A DNA stretch of 64,000 nt from an uncultured delta proteobacterium (GTDB taxonomy: Bacteria > Myxococcota_A > Polyangia > Haliangiales > Haliangiaceae), in contig CAWKDB010000011.1 in assembly GCA_963848295.1 (NCBI GenBank), positions 160,001-224,000 on the forward strand, written 5' to 3'. The position numbers and the translations under genes are program-made. The notes below the pieces were generated by a model. That model did no database searches. It was not told the origin of the DNA and saw only the letters and a program-made list of their open reading frames with translations. Of this stretch, positions 1 to 10,942 are shown one piece after another; position 1 is the first letter of the stretch, and each line of letters starts with the position of its first letter.

Positions 1-177
1 GCCCCCGATGTCGACTTCCAAGCACTCGCGGTGCGGTTCCCGATGGCCGGCGGCAACATCATGAACGCGCTCGTCCGCGCGTCGATCAGCGCGACCGCGA
101 GCGGTCAGCCGGTCGGCCAGCAGCACTTGATCTGGGCCGCGGAGCTCGAGTACAGCGAGATGGGATTCCTCGCATGA
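1..177 (+). CDS. AAA+ ATPase, C-terminal fragment (Afp15/Pvc15-like lid region); 5' part lies outside the window
   Basis: Frame 1 reads APDVDFQALAVRFPMAGGNIMNALVRASISA...HLIWAAELEYSEMGFLA*, like the C-terminal lid of Afp15/Pvc15-type AAA ATPases (GGxIxNA...EYxxMG). Its TGA overlaps the next ATG (ATGA at 174-177). Confidence 0.7.
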   Translation, partial: APDVDFQALAVRFPMAGGNIMNALVRASISATASGQPVGQQHLIWAAELEYSEMGFLA

Positions 178-497
178 AGAAGGTGCTCGGCATCCTCGGC
201 ACGATCGGCGTCGTCGCGTTCTTCGTGCTGCTCGCTTACCTCAAGTGGTGGAACGTATTCGGCCAGCACAAGATGGGCGGATCCTGTAGCAACCGCACCG
301 ATTGTCGATCGGTGTACTGCCTCGAGCACGAGAAGACTGGCGGCACCGAACAGAAGAGCGACGGCTACTGTACCGACAAGTGCGACACGGATAGCGACTG
401 CGAAGATGGGCTCGTCTGCGTCGTGCCCTCGCAAGCCGCGCTCGACGACTTGCCGCGCTACGGCCGACCTACGAAGCTGTGCGAACGAGTCCGATGA
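174..497 (+). CDS. Small Cys-rich protein with N-terminal membrane anchor
   Basis: Hydrophobic N-terminal helix followed by a Cys-rich domain (CSNRTDCRSVYC...YCTDKCDTDSDCEDGLVC...LC); translationally coupled to the ATPase. Confidence 0.75.
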   Translation: MKKVLGILGTIGVVAFFVLLAYLKWWNVFGQHKMGGSCSNRTDCRSVYCLEHEKTGGTEQKSDGYCTDKCDTDSDCEDGLVCVVPSQAALDDLPRYGRPTKLCERVR

Positions 498-507
498 ACG
501 AGTCGCG

Positions 508-2472
508 ATGGCCGAAATCAATCGCCTGAATCGCGCAGGGCTGCGCCGGCTCGTCGCGCTCCATCCTGACGGTGGTCGGATCGAGCTCCGATCGAAGCTG
601 CTCGCGCCTGCCATCGCCGGACCGCTGGCTCCCGCCGACGCCGAGCAACGGTTCGCCGACTACTTGCTCGATCGCTGCGCCCAGCCGATGCGCGCGCACA
701 CGCCTGCCGACGAAGCGTGGTTCGAGCGCTCGTTGCTCATCGAATCGATCGCACCGGGCAACGCGATCGCGGTCGCCGATGAGCTCGCGGCGATCGTCGC
801 GGCACCGCGCCTGGTCGCCGACGGCCGGTTGAGCGAGCAAGCGATAGCCGCTCGGTTCGCGCTCCGCGCCGACGAAGCGATCGCGGCGGCGGTCGCGACG
901 CTTCCGCCCGATGGCGCCGTCGCGGTGATCCGCGAGCTCGCGACGGCCGCGGGCCCCGACGAGGACCGGCTGCACCTCGCGACCTTGCAGGCCGGGCGGG
1001 CCCTCGCGTGGCGCGGCGATGTGATCGATAGCGACGGCGGCGGTGCGCTCGTCGATGAGTTGCTGGCGTTGCTCGAGCGCACGAATCCGCGTCCGCTCCT
1101 CGGAGTGCTCGCTCCGATCCTCGGCGCGATCGCGGCATCGCGAATCAAGGTCCGCAGCGCGGTGCTCTCGCGGCTCAGCGAGATGAAGTGGCGAATCCTC
1201 GATCGGCGATCAGGCACGTCGTTCCTCGGCGAGTTCCGCGCCCTCGATCAGCCTCGGAGGTTGCCCGACGAGGACTACTTCATGACCCTCCCCGACCGCC
1301 ATGTCGCCGAGACCGCCGCGTGGATCCTCGGGCGTGCCGCCGAGCGGCTCGATCGCGACGGGTTCGTCGCGCTGCAGAACCAGGTGCTCGACGGCGAGCT
1401 CGGCTCGACGTTGCTGCCATCGTTCGTCGACGGTCTGATCGCCGGTGCGTCGCTGGCGCCGCTCGTCGAGCTCGGGACGATGCTATTGGCCTCACGCGAC
1501 GAAGAACCGTGCGTGCTCGGGTTGCGCATCGCCGCCCAGCTGCCGCTCGACGAATGCGCCGACGCCTGTCTCGCCCACCTCGACGACCATCGCCGCCTTG
1601 TGCGAATCGGCGCGATCCGCGCGGTGACGATGCTCGAGCCCGAGCGCGCGGTGCCTGCGCTGGTCGCGCGACTCGACGATCCGGATCCGGGCGTGTGCGC
1701 CTGCGCCGCGCACGCGCTCGTCGAGCTCGGCCAGCGCGATCGAGTGGCCGCCCGACCGATGCCGGGCGAGGTCGCGATCGGCAAGGCGCGCGAGCGCACC
1801 GCGGCCGCACGCGCCGCGATCGGAGATGCGAGCTTCGAGGTCGTCACGGCGCTGTTGCCGATCGTCGTGACCGAGACCGAGCGCGACCTCGAGCCCGGCG
1901 ATGCGCCGTTGCTCGCCGCGCTGCGGACGAGCCTGCTGGGGAGCGCGGACGGCGTTCGGATGGCGGCGACGCTCGTGCGCGAGATCCCCGACGCGCTCGC
2001 ACTCGTGGCACTCGCCTTGGCGGGCGATGCGGACAGCCCGTCGATGGCGCTAGCCACCGGGCTCCGCGACGAGCTCGCGTCCGCGCTCGATCCGCTGATC
2101 GACGCAGGCGGCGAGCCGGGCATGATCGCGCTCGACACGCTCAGCCGGTTCTCGCTCGGCGACGCGGCGCTCGTCGCACGGATCGTCGACGCCACTCGGC
2201 GCACCGAGGGCTACGCGGCGCAAGCGCTCACCGCACTCGCGCAGGTTCGACGCCGCAGCGAGCTCGGCGCCGAGTTTCTCGCCCCTTGGCTCGACAACCG
2301 CGAGCACATCGCCGCCACGGTGATGGCAGCGGCCGTCGCGGGCCTGGTCCTGCCCACGGGCCACCGCCTGTGGGAACAGGTCCGCGAGCTGTTCGCGCTG
2401 GGCAGTGTCGCCGCCGCGACCGCATACGCCGCGCTGGTTCGAGGTGCTCGCGTGCGCTGCGACGACAAATGA
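508..2472 (+). CDS. HEAT-repeat (alpha-solenoid) protein
   Basis: Long Ala/Leu-rich ORF with HEAT/PBS-lyase-like repeats (LDDHRRLVRIGAIRAV, LVARLDDPDPGVCACAAHAL). Start taken at ATG 508. Confidence 0.7.
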   Translation: MAEINRLNRAGLRRLVALHPDGGRIELRSKLLAPAIAGPLAPADAEQRFADYLLDRCAQPMRAHTPADEAWFERSLLIESIAPGNAIAVADELAAIVAAPRLVADGRLSEQAIAARFALRADEAIAAAVATLPPDGAVAVIRELATAAGPDEDRLHLATLQAGRALAWRGDVIDSDGGGALVDELLALLERTNPRPLLGVLAPILGAIAASRIKVRSAVLSRLSEMKWRILDRRSGTSFLGEFRALDQPRRLPDEDYFMTLPDRHVAETAAWILGRAAERLDRDGFVALQNQVLDGELGSTLLPSFVDGLIAGASLAPLVELGTMLLASRDEEPCVLGLRIAAQLPLDECADACLAHLDDHRRLVRIGAIRAVTMLEPERAVPALVARLDDPDPGVCACAAHALVELGQRDRVAARPMPGEVAIGKARERTAAARAAIGDASFEVVTALLPIVVTETERDLEPGDAPLLAALRTSLLGSADGVRMAATLVREIPDALALVALALAGDADSPSMALATGLRDELASALDPLIDAGGEPGMIALDTLSRFSLGDAALVARIVDATRRTEGYAAQALTALAQVRRRSELGAEFLAPWLDNREHIAATVMAAAVAGLVLPTGHRLWEQVRELFALGSVAAATAYAALVRGARVRCDDK

Positions 2473-2530
2473 GCACGCGACTTCGCCGTCACGTTTCCGT
2501 GCACCTCCACCTGCCGCCTAGGATTGCGGC

Positions 2531-3673
2531 GTGACCGATTCGGCGCAAGTGCCAGCGATCGAGATCCTGCGCTGTCCGAGTTGCTCCGGCGCGGTGCCAC
2601 TCGGCGATGGCGAGACCGTGCGCTGTCCATTCTGCGGCACCGAGGTCCCGCTCCCCGAGCCGCATCGCGCGCTGCGCGACGCCGAGCGCGCCGAGCGTGC
2701 GACGCGCAAAGACGCGGAGGCGTACTACGCGGCGCTGGCGAAGCCGCCGAACGTCATCGTTCGCGCATTCGGCCGTCCGGGCGTCGGGCTCGCGTTGGTG
2801 ATCCTCACGCCGTTCATCTTCATCGGCTCGCTCTTGCTGAGCGTGCCGTTGCTGGACGTGTTCGAGCGAATCCGGCACGAGTCGTTTCTCGACGTCCATC
2901 CAGACAAGTGGATCGCGGTCTATCAGTGTTTGTTCGCGAGCATCCTGCTCGCCGTGTTCGGCTTGATCGGCGGGTTCGCGCGACGGACGGCGGTAGGTCG
3001 CGTGCTGCTGCGCGCGGCGCTGATCGCCAAGCCGCCCGAACGTCCCGGCGGCCCCGCGCTGTGCCGCTCTTGTAACGCACCGCTGTTCGTACCGACCGGC
3101 GCCGAGGCCGTGCGCTGCACGTACTGCCGCAGCGACAACATCATCGCGATCAGTGCCGCCGACATCGCGGCTCAGGCGGTCGCGCAGCGCGGCGTCCAAG
3201 AGGCGTTAGCCGAAGCGAGGCGGAGCGGACGCGATGACCTCAAGCACGTGCGGTGGTCGATGTTCTGGCGGTTGCTCTTGCTCTCGACGCTGTTCGTCTT
3301 CATGTGGGTTCCGATGATCAGAGCAAACGGCTCGATCCACGACCCGACACCGTGGGACGACTGGCGAACCGACATCACCCCCCGCTACTACTCGAGCGTC
3401 GCGGACTGCACGAACAACTTCCATCGGGTCGCGATGCGTCGCGGCGAGACGTTCCACGCGACGCGGATGAACGACGAGCGGGCGCCCCTCGAGGTCGACG
3501 TGGAGGCGCACATCCCTGGTTCGGGCATCGAATACTGGCAGCCGCTCGGCCCGACGCTGCGTTGGCCGCCCGGTGTCCCGTTCGACTTCGTGGCGCCGCA
3601 CACGGGCTGGATGTACCTGTGCTTCCGCGGGCGCGCGACGCGGATCACCGGCACGGTCGTCACGCGCCCGTAG
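2531..3673 (+). CDS. Membrane protein with two zinc-ribbon modules
   Basis: CPSC..CPFC at the N-terminus and CRSC..CTYC internally, with about three hydrophobic segments. GTG start lies 6 nt after TAGGAT. Confidence 0.75.
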   Translation: MTDSAQVPAIEILRCPSCSGAVPLGDGETVRCPFCGTEVPLPEPHRALRDAERAERATRKDAEAYYAALAKPPNVIVRAFGRPGVGLALVILTPFIFIGSLLLSVPLLDVFERIRHESFLDVHPDKWIAVYQCLFASILLAVFGLIGGFARRTAVGRVLLRAALIAKPPERPGGPALCRSCNAPLFVPTGAEAVRCTYCRSDNIIAISAADIAAQAVAQRGVQEALAEARRSGRDDLKHVRWSMFWRLLLLSTLFVFMWVPMIRANGSIHDPTPWDDWRTDITPRYYSSVADCTNNFHRVAMRRGETFHATRMNDERAPLEVDVEAHIPGSGIEYWQPLGPTLRWPPGVPFDFVAPHTGWMYLCFRGRATRITGTVVTRP

Positions 3674-3809
3674 ACGTTCGCGACCTCGCGATCGCGGCGA
3701 CTGCCGCGCTCCGCGAGCTGCGCGCCTGACCCGCGGGTCCGCACGCGGTGTTGATTCGCGGCGCGCGGACGTCACGTGCCCCTGCAACCGAATATAGTTG
3801 GCGACGTAG

Positions 3810-5649
3810 ATGCCGAGCCTCCAACCTCACACCGCGGCGATCGCGGCCAGCGCCGACGGCCGTTGGCTCGTGTGGGGCGAGCCCGGGCGGTTGGTGCTAT
3901 TTGACCTCGCGAAGCGCACGCAGGTCGCCGAGGTCGCGCTCGATCTCGAGCCACCGTTCGAGCTCGCGGTGACGTCGACCACGCTGTTCGTGATGCAAGC
4001 CCAGAGCGGCAGCACGCTCGTTCGACTCTACGATCTTCCCGAGATGCGCGCCGGCGTCGAAGCGCGGCTCAAGGGCGAGTCGCGTTTCGGCGGGCTGTGC
4101 GGATCGTTCGCGATGTTGCTCGGTAGTAACGAGCCGTTGACCGCGGTCGATCTGTCCCAGCTCCGGTCGGCCGCGCTGCCCGCTCGCGGGCCGATCCAAG
4201 TCGTCGCCGAGCTGTCGCCGGACACGATGCTCGTCGGTGCGCGCGGCAAGCTCGACGTGTGGAACCTCGATGAACGGCGACCGACCCATCGACTCGCGCT
4301 CCCGCTCGCGAACGATGTCGCGTTCGCCGGCGTGATCTCGAGCGGCAAGTTGCTGTGGCTCGCGTCGAGTGGACCGCGCGGCGCGATCTCCGTGCTCCGG
4401 CTGTCGGACGGCAAGCTGCTCGCGCCATCTGCGGCGGGTGGCACGATCAAGGCGATCGTGGGCGATGCTGCTACGACCACGGTGGTCGCCGCGATCCAAC
4501 CGGAGGGTGGCAAGACGGTCCAGCTGATCGCGCTCGATCTCCACGCGCAGACCAGCCACCCCCTGGCGTTCGACCATCCGATCTCGGCGTTCTGTCTCGC
4601 CGGCGAAGCGGTGGCGATCCAATCGGAACGCGCGCAGCCGGTGCTGGTCGCGATCGCCGCGAGCGCGAGCGGCGCTGGCGCCAAGCCGTTGAGCGGCCCG
4701 GACGCGGACCTACCGGAGCCGGCGCTCGGCGAGCTCGCCCCCGAGGATGGCGTCGTGAATGGCGGCGAGCCGGCGCCGAACGATCTGTCCGATCGCCTCG
4801 ACCACTGGCGCTCGCAGGTCAAGGCCGCGGTCGTCGCGGCGCCGCCGAAGCCGCGCAGCCCGCTCGAGACCCTCGCCGACGAGCCGCGCAGCCGATCACG
4901 CGCCGAGCTCTACGCGTGGGGCTTGTCGGCGCGCGCGCGCACGACGACGACACCACCGCCGCCGCCGCAGGGCTGGCGCCTCAACGATTCTCGCGAGCCG
5001 GTTCGATCTCGACATGCGGTCGAGGACCTTGCTCGCCTTGCTCTACGCGGGCTGGCTCGATGGCGAAGGCAAGACCGGCCTGCCGGTCGGCGTCGTCGCG
5101 CGCGCGCTCGGCAACGATGAAGACGCGTGGGTCGAAGCGCTCGCGCAGGGCCGCCTCGGTCGCATGGGCTGGGTGCGGTCCGCGTACGGGCGCACGCGGC
5201 TGTATCGCGAGATCGGGCGATTTCTCGACGAGGCGCCGGCGCGCATCGCGATCGTGGCGCCCGCCGACGACGCGGTCGCATCGCTCGCGCCTCCGCTGAC
5301 CGCCATGCTCTGGCGGATCGTGGATCGCAGCGCGTTCGACGAGCAGCTGCACGCGCTCGCGAACCGCTTGCGCGAGCCGGTCGCGACGATCGAGCTCAGC
5401 GCGGTGCCGGCCGCGCGCCTCGCCGACCGCTTGCTCGAGGCGCGACTGCACGGCGCGCTACCGATCCTCGTGCCGTCCGAGGGCGCGCCGTTCGACTCGC
5501 GCTTGCTCGACGGTGGCGGGCTCGTCGTCGCGTTCGGCACGTCGCTCGCCGACGCTGGCCTCCCGCTGTGGGCGCCGCCGGAGCTCGCCGCGAACGAACC
5601 GGTCGAGACCGAGCCCGAGGCCGCGGCGAGCTCGACCGCGCCGGCGTAG
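3810..5649 (+). CDS. Beta-propeller protein fused to a winged-helix/degenerate-AAA region (one apparent frameshift near 4988)
   Basis: ORF 3810-5120 has WD40/YVTN-like blades (ASADGRWLVW..., LDVWNL). Removing one T at about 4988 joins it to ORF 4759-5649 (LNDLASRFDLDMRSRTLLALLYAGWLD...). Confidence 0.6.
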
Positions 5650-5650
5650 C

Positions 5651-6631
5651 CTAGTCGTTCGCGTCGTCGTCGTCGGGCAATGTCACCGGCGTGATCGTTC
5701 CCGGCGTGGTCAGCGCGGGCGCGGGCGCCGACGCGGGCGCAGGTTGCCAGGCGAGCTCGAGCGTCGCGCGAAACGCCGGCGCGCCGATCTGATCGTCGAG
5801 CCCTGCCCCGGCGCGCACGCCGACCACCCAGCCCGGCAGCGGCGCGATGACGAGGCCGAGCCGCGCCTCGACCGGAGACGCGCCGAGCTCGTGATCGACG
5901 TTGTCGCCGAGCACGCCGACGACCTCGGCCGTCGCTTTGAGTTGCTCCGCCTTGCACCACAGGTGCGCGATCGGCGGCACCGGCACGATCACGCCGAGCC
6001 CGCCGAACGTCTCGTCGCCGACGAGGCGATCCGCGACCATCACTTCGGCGCCGCGCAAGCGAATCCCGGCGGTGGCCGCGAGCACGATGCCGGCGCCGAG
6101 GTTGAACCGGCCGATCAGGCTCCACGCACCGCTCCAGCTCGCGTTGCCGGCGAAGTCGTAGTCATCGCCGGTCGGCAGCGTGAGCTCGGCGCGCAGGAAC
6201 GCGCCGAACGACGGGCGCTGCGTGACGCGCAACCGTGCCCCGACCACGAGATCGCCGGGGACCCAGCGATCGAGCGGGCGGTCGTCGCCGAGCCCCATGT
6301 ACCGATCGCCGATCTGATGCGCGAGCGGCATCCGGAGGTCGACGACGATGCTGTTGATCGCGATCGCGCCGCCGAGCGCGAGCGTCTCCCGGTGATCGAC
6401 CGGATGACTTTCGGCGCTCGTCGTGCTCAGGGTGATCGGCCGGAGCAGATACTCGAACCGCGCGCCGAGGCCCCACGCGTCGACCGGCGCGCCGCTGTCG
6501 AACCCGAGCTCGACTCGACCGAGCGGCGCGTCATCGCGATCGACATCGATCGCTTCGGGTCGGTCGACCGGCGTGCCCGCATGCGCGACGGTCGCGCCGC
6601 ACGCCAGCGCCACGGTCGCGGCGAGCCTCAT
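5651..6631 (-). CDS. Secreted outer-membrane beta-barrel protein (OmpA-family-like barrel without the peptidoglycan-binding domain)
   Basis: Signal peptide [19 protein letters not shown], alternating amphipathic strands, GAGLDDQIGAPAFRATLELAW end motif, Pro/Asp tail. ATG overlaps the upstream TGA. Confidence 0.6.
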   Translation of the reverse strand: MRLAATVALACGATVAHAGTPVDRPEAIDVDRDDAPLGRVELGFDSGAPVDAWGLGARFEYLLRPITLSTTSAESHPVDHRETLALGGAIAINSIVVDLRMPLAHQIGDRYMGLGDDRPLDRWVPGDLVVGARLRVTQRPSFGAFLRAELTLPTGDDYDFAGNASWSGAWSLIGRFNLGAGIVLAATAGIRLRGAEVMVADRLVGDETFGGLGVIVPVPPIAHLWCKAEQLKATAEVVGVLGDNVDHELGASPVEARLGLVIAPLPGWVVGVRAGAGLDDQIGAPAFRATLELAWQPAPASAPAPALTTPGTITPVTLPDDDDAND

Positions 6632-7278
6632 CCCATGATCCGCGAGCCGAGCTCGTAGACCCGCGCGGCCGGCATGTGGCGATAACGCGTGACCTGAACG
6701 CGCAGCTGCGCGATCTGATCGATCACGTCGCGCCGGGTCGCGCCCTTGCCGAGCAGCGCCCGCGCACGTTCGACGATCGCGCCGCGCGCTTCCTTCGGAT
6801 GGTAGATGAACGTGCGGCCGAATCGGACCTCGCCGAGCACGCCTACCAGCCGGAGCTCCGCGACATCGCCGATGTCGACGCCGTGCAGCGTCCGTTGCTC
6901 GATCACGTGCAGCTCGCTGCCGCCGAGCAGGTCGAGCAGCTCGATCCGCCCGCGTGCCATCGCGCGAACCTCGTACAGCGAGCGCTGCGACGTCAGCAGC
7001 GCGCGAACGATCGGCGCGCGCTCGTCGCCCGCGGCGTTGAGCTCGCGATAGGTCGCGACGGCCGGCGGCACGTGCTCGCCCGCCGCGACGCGCTCGATCA
7101 CGTACCACTCGACGAACGCCGCGCTCCACGGTTCCCACAGCTCGTCGTCTTGATGGACCTTGCCGCGGCGCTCCTCGTACTCGCGCCGCGCGATCCCAGC
7201 CGCCTCGGTGTCGGCGGCATGCCGGGCGTAGAGCTCTTCGGTCACGCTGTCGAGCAGCGCCGCGCTCGAGGGCGTCAT
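6628..7278 (-). CDS. Conserved hypothetical protein
   Basis: Start [10 protein letters not shown] overlaps the carA stop (ATGA). Protein-like sequence ([22 protein letters not shown]). Confidence 0.7.
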   Translation of the reverse strand: MTPSSAALLDSVTEELYARHAADTEAAGIARREYEERRGKVHQDDELWEPWSAAFVEWYVIERVAAGEHVPPAVATYRELNAAGDERAPIVRALLTSQRSLYEVRAMARGRIELLDLLGGSELHVIEQRTLHGVDIGDVAELRLVGVLGEVRFGRTFIYHPKEARGAIVERARALLGKGATRRDVIDQIAQLRVQVTRYRHMPAARVYELGSRIMG

Positions 7279-8405
7279 CGCGCCGCCGCGAGGTGCGTGC
7301 GAAACCGCGCGAACAGATAACCCGCGTCGTGCGGGCCCGGGCTCGCCTCGGGGTGGTACTGGACGCTGAAGATCGGCTTGCCCTCGACCGCGAGACCCTC
7401 GACCGAGTGATCGAACAGGTTCTCGTGCGTGACCTGCACGCCGGACGGCAGGCTCGCCGGATCGACCGCGAACCCGTGGTTCTGCGACGTGATCTCGACC
7501 TTGCCGGTCGTCTTGTCGAGCACCGGATGGTTGCCGCCGTGGTGGCCGAACGGCAGCTTGAACGTCTGGCCGCCGACCGCGAGGCCCAGGATCTGGTGAC
7601 CGAGGCAGATCCCGAACACCGGCTTGCCGCTCGCGCATAGCTCGCGCACCGCGCTGATGCCGTAGCCGACCGCCGCCGGATCACCTGGCCCGTTCGACAG
7701 GAAGAACCCATCGGCGCCGAGGGCGAGCGCGGCCTTCGCGGTCGTCGTCGCAGGGACGACCGTCGTGCGGCAGCCGATGTCGCGCAGCTGGCGCAGGATG
7801 TTCTCCTTGATCCCGAAGTCGTAGGCGACGACGTGAAACTCGACCGGCGCCGGCGCGGGCGTGCGGTGGTCATCGAGCGCGCGCCAGGCCGGCAGGGTCC
7901 ACTCGTAGCTCCGCGCGCAGGTCACGCGCGGCACGAGATCGAGGCCGTCCATCTTCGGCGCGGCGCGCACGCGGGCGAGCACCGGCTCGAGCTCCGATAC
8001 GTGGGGCGTGATCGAACCGCGCATCGCCCCTTGATCGCGCAGCACGCGGGTCAACGCGCGCGTGTCGATGCCTTCGATGCCGGGCACGCCGCACGTCTCG
8101 AGCCAATGCGGCAGCGTGTCCTCGCTGCGCCAGCTCGACGGAATCGGCGACAGCTCGCGAATCGCGAGGCCTGCGCACACGACCTTCTTGGCTTCATTGT
8201 CGTCGCGATTGACGCCGACGTTGCCGATCTGCGGTGCGGTCATCACGACGATCTGGCCGCAGTACGACGGATCGCTGACGATCTCCTGGTAGCCGGTCAT
8301 CGACGTGTTGAACACGACCTCGCCGATCGACTCGACGCGCGCGCCGTAGCCGTCACCGCGAAAGATCGAGCCGTTCTCGAGCACGAGCGCGGCGGGCCAG
8401 CTCAC
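7275..8405 (-). CDS. carA: Carbamoyl-phosphate synthase small subunit
   Basis: [38 protein letters not shown] (catalytic Cys), [15 protein letters not shown] start overlaps the pyrC stop. Confidence 0.97.
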   Translation of the reverse strand: MSWPAALVLENGSIFRGDGYGARVESIGEVVFNTSMTGYQEIVSDPSYCGQIVVMTAPQIGNVGVNRDDNEAKKVVCAGLAIRELSPIPSSWRSEDTLPHWLETCGVPGIEGIDTRALTRVLRDQGAMRGSITPHVSELEPVLARVRAAPKMDGLDLVPRVTCARSYEWTLPAWRALDDHRTPAPAPVEFHVVAYDFGIKENILRQLRDIGCRTTVVPATTTAKAALALGADGFFLSNGPGDPAAVGYGISAVRELCASGKPVFGICLGHQILGLAVGGQTFKLPFGHHGGNHPVLDKTTGKVEITSQNHGFAVDPASLPSGVQVTHENLFDHSVEGLAVEGKPIFSVQYHPEASPGPHDAGYLFARFRTHLAAAR

Positions 8406-9697
8406 GCGAGCCTCCCGTCGAGGTCGTGGACGCACCGGCCCTCGACGAACGTCAGCACCGCTCGCCCGGCGAGGGTCTGGCCGAGGAACGGCGAGTTCTT
8501 CGACTTGCTCGTGACGGTCTCGGCGGTCAGCATCATCGGCCGCTCGGGATCGATCACCGTGATGTCGGCGACCGCGCCCACCGCGAGCGCGCCACCGGGT
8601 AAGCCGAACGCGCGCGCCGGGCCGCCGGTCAGCGCCGCGATCACGCGCTTGTCGTCGAGCGTGCCCATCCGCACGAAGTCGAGCACGATCGGCAACGCGG
8701 TCTCGAGGCCGAGCATGCCCGGGGCGGCGCACTCGAACTCGACGTCCTTCTCGACCGGCGAGTGCGGCGCGTGATCGGTCGCGATCGCGTCGATCGTGCC
8801 GTCGGCGAGGCCTTCGAGCAGCGCCTCCTGGTCCGCGGCGGTGCGCAGCGGCGGCATGACCTTCGTGCGTGTGTCGTAGTGGCTGCACGCCTCGTCGGTG
8901 AGCGCGAGGTGGTGCGGCGTGACCTCGCACGTCACCGGCAGGCCGCGGCGCTTGGCATCGCGGACGAGCGCGACGGTGCGAGCGGTCGACACGTGCGCGA
9001 CGTGGTAGCGCGCGCCGGTCCACTCGACGATCTCCAGGTCGCGAGCGACCATCGCGCTCTCGGCGCACGCCGGCTGCGGCTTGATCCCGATCCGCGTCGA
9101 CACCGCGCCTTCATTCATCGCCCCGCCCTCCGCAAGATCGAGATCCTCGGCGTGCTGGACCAGCGGCAGGTCGAACGTCTTGGCGTACTCGAACGCGCGG
9201 CGGACGAGCCCGGCGTTCATCACCGGGCGCCCGTCGTCGGAGATCGCGACGATGCCGGCTTCTTTCATGTCGGCGATGTCGGCGAGCGCCTTGCCTTCGA
9301 GCCCGTGCGTGATCGCGCCGATCGGCCGGACGCGGACCGAGCCGACCTCGCGGGCGCGGCGCACGATCAGCTCGGTGACCGCGCGCTGGTCGTTGACCGG
9401 CTTGGTGTTCGGCATGCAGCACACCGTCGTGAACCCGCCGACCGCGGCCGCGCGCGTGCCGCTCTCGATGTCTTCCTTGTATTCCTGGCCGGGCTCGCGC
9501 AGATGGACGTGGAGGTCGATCAGGCCTGGCACGATCCACAGATCCTTGACGTCGATGATCCGGGGCGCGACCAAGCCGCGGCCGATCTCGACGATCCGGC
9601 CACCCGCGATCCGCACGTCGGCGGCCTGGTCGAGAGGACGCGCCGCACCGGGGTCGAATACCCGGCCACCGCGTAGGACCAGATCGCCGGAATCCAT
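8402..9697 (-). CDS. pyrC: Dihydroorotase
   Basis: [47 protein letters not shown]. Confidence 0.96.
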   Translation of the reverse strand: MDSGDLVLRGGRVFDPGAARPLDQAADVRIAGGRIVEIGRGLVAPRIIDVKDLWIVPGLIDLHVHLREPGQEYKEDIESGTRAAAVGGFTTVCCMPNTKPVNDQRAVTELIVRRAREVGSVRVRPIGAITHGLEGKALADIADMKEAGIVAISDDGRPVMNAGLVRRAFEYAKTFDLPLVQHAEDLDLAEGGAMNEGAVSTRIGIKPQPACAESAMVARDLEIVEWTGARYHVAHVSTARTVALVRDAKRRGLPVTCEVTPHHLALTDEACSHYDTRTKVMPPLRTAADQEALLEGLADGTIDAIATDHAPHSPVEKDVEFECAAPGMLGLETALPIVLDFVRMGTLDDKRVIAALTGGPARAFGLPGGALAVGAVADITVIDPERPMMLTAETVTSKSKNSPFLGQTLAGRAVLTFVEGRCVHDLDGRLA

Positions 9698-9734
9698 CGC
9701 GGCAGGTCTTACCACGATCGGCGGGAACCGGGCG

Positions 9735-10877
9735 TCACTGTGCTTGGACCGCGAGCGGCCAGGTATGGGTCACGCCGCCGAGGGTCGAGGTGATGTCGAC
9801 GACGCCCGAGGTCGCGGCCTGCGCGCCGACGATCAGGTGCCGCACGTCGCCGTTCTGCCCGGCCGGGACATCGAACGAGAACGTCGCGGTCAGATCACCG
9901 ACGGCGGTGGCGCCGAGCTGCCAAGCGGCCGACGTCGGACCGTCGCTGATCAACTCCAGCGCGACCGTGGTGTACGAGCCGACCGGGACGGTCACGCCGA
10001 GGCCGGTGCCGACCGGGTCGGTCGCGAGCGGCACCGCGACGAAGTACGGCGAGGGATCGGCCGGCGCGCACGGGTCGTGATAAGCGGCCGCCGCCGCGTT
10101 CGACCAGATCTTCGCGACCTGGTAGCCATCGATCGTCGCCGGCGCGTCTGCGCACACGGTGTCGAGCTCGCCGCCGAACGCCGCGGGCTGGGCGAGCGAG
10201 CCGCCGAACCCGGCCCAGCCTTGCGGTTGCAACCCGACGAGCGGATCGGTCGCGATCGCGACCATCGCGTAGGTCGCTCCGGCGATCACGCCCGCGCCGC
10301 TGTCACACGTCGGCACGACGCCGACCTGAGCGCGCGCACCGCTGCCGAGCACGACGTCGCGGTGATAGCCGGTCGTGCCCGATGTGCACAGATCGACGCC
10401 GCCGACGGTGACCATCGACGACGCCGGGTAGATCAGGATGAATTCCTTGGTCGCGAGCGTCGCGCTATCGACCGCGCCGATCTCGGCGTGCGTCCCGTCG
10501 AGCTCGCTCTTGACGAACGCGTCGACCGCGGTCTCCGGCACGGTGCCCGGCGCCGAGGTCGCGAGCGTGAGCGGCGAAGCGAGCGTCGCGGATCGCACGC
10601 CGTACTCGGCGAGCTCGGAGCTGAACACCGGAGACGCGACGTAGTCGGCGAGCACCGGGTCGTAGGTCGCTTGCGCCGTCTCGCCCGCGAAGTACACGAC
10701 CTGGATCGTCGGGCTCGCGACCACGAGCGGCGGCCGGCCCGCGGGCTTGACCTGCGGCATCGACGGATGGAACGCCGGATATGCGGTCGCGTCCGGTCCG
10801 ATCGCGGCATCGGGTCCGGGCGGTCGCGCGCTGGTGCACGCGACGAGCAGGGCGACAACCGCGAGCCACCGATTCAC
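9735..10877 (-). CDS. Hypothetical lipoprotein
   Basis: Lipobox-like VALLVAC after a short signal peptide; Cys-containing, Thr/Ala-rich extracellular domain. Confidence 0.7.
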   Translation of the reverse strand: MNRWLAVVALLVACTSARPPGPDAAIGPDATAYPAFHPSMPQVKPAGRPPLVVASPTIQVVYFAGETAQATYDPVLADYVASPVFSSELAEYGVRSATLASPLTLATSAPGTVPETAVDAFVKSELDGTHAEIGAVDSATLATKEFILIYPASSMVTVGGVDLCTSGTTGYHRDVVLGSGARAQVGVVPTCDSGAGVIAGATYAMVAIATDPLVGLQPQGWAGFGGSLAQPAAFGGELDTVCADAPATIDGYQVAKIWSNAAAAAYHDPCAPADPSPYFVAVPLATDPVGTGLGVTVPVGSYTTVALELISDGPTSAAWQLGATAVGDLTATFSFDVPAGQNGDVRHLIVGAQAATSGVVDITSTLGGVTHTWPLAVQAQ

Positions 10878-10942
10878 GCCGCAACCTTGCCCGAACCGCG
10901 CCGGTCGCGCCAGGAGCTAGGCAGTCGCGCTATGCTGTCGCG

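Noticed and set aside
3685..3718. GC hairpin downstream of the zinc-ribbon gene
   Set aside because: No U-tract and no second copy in the window; cannot be distinguished from chance.
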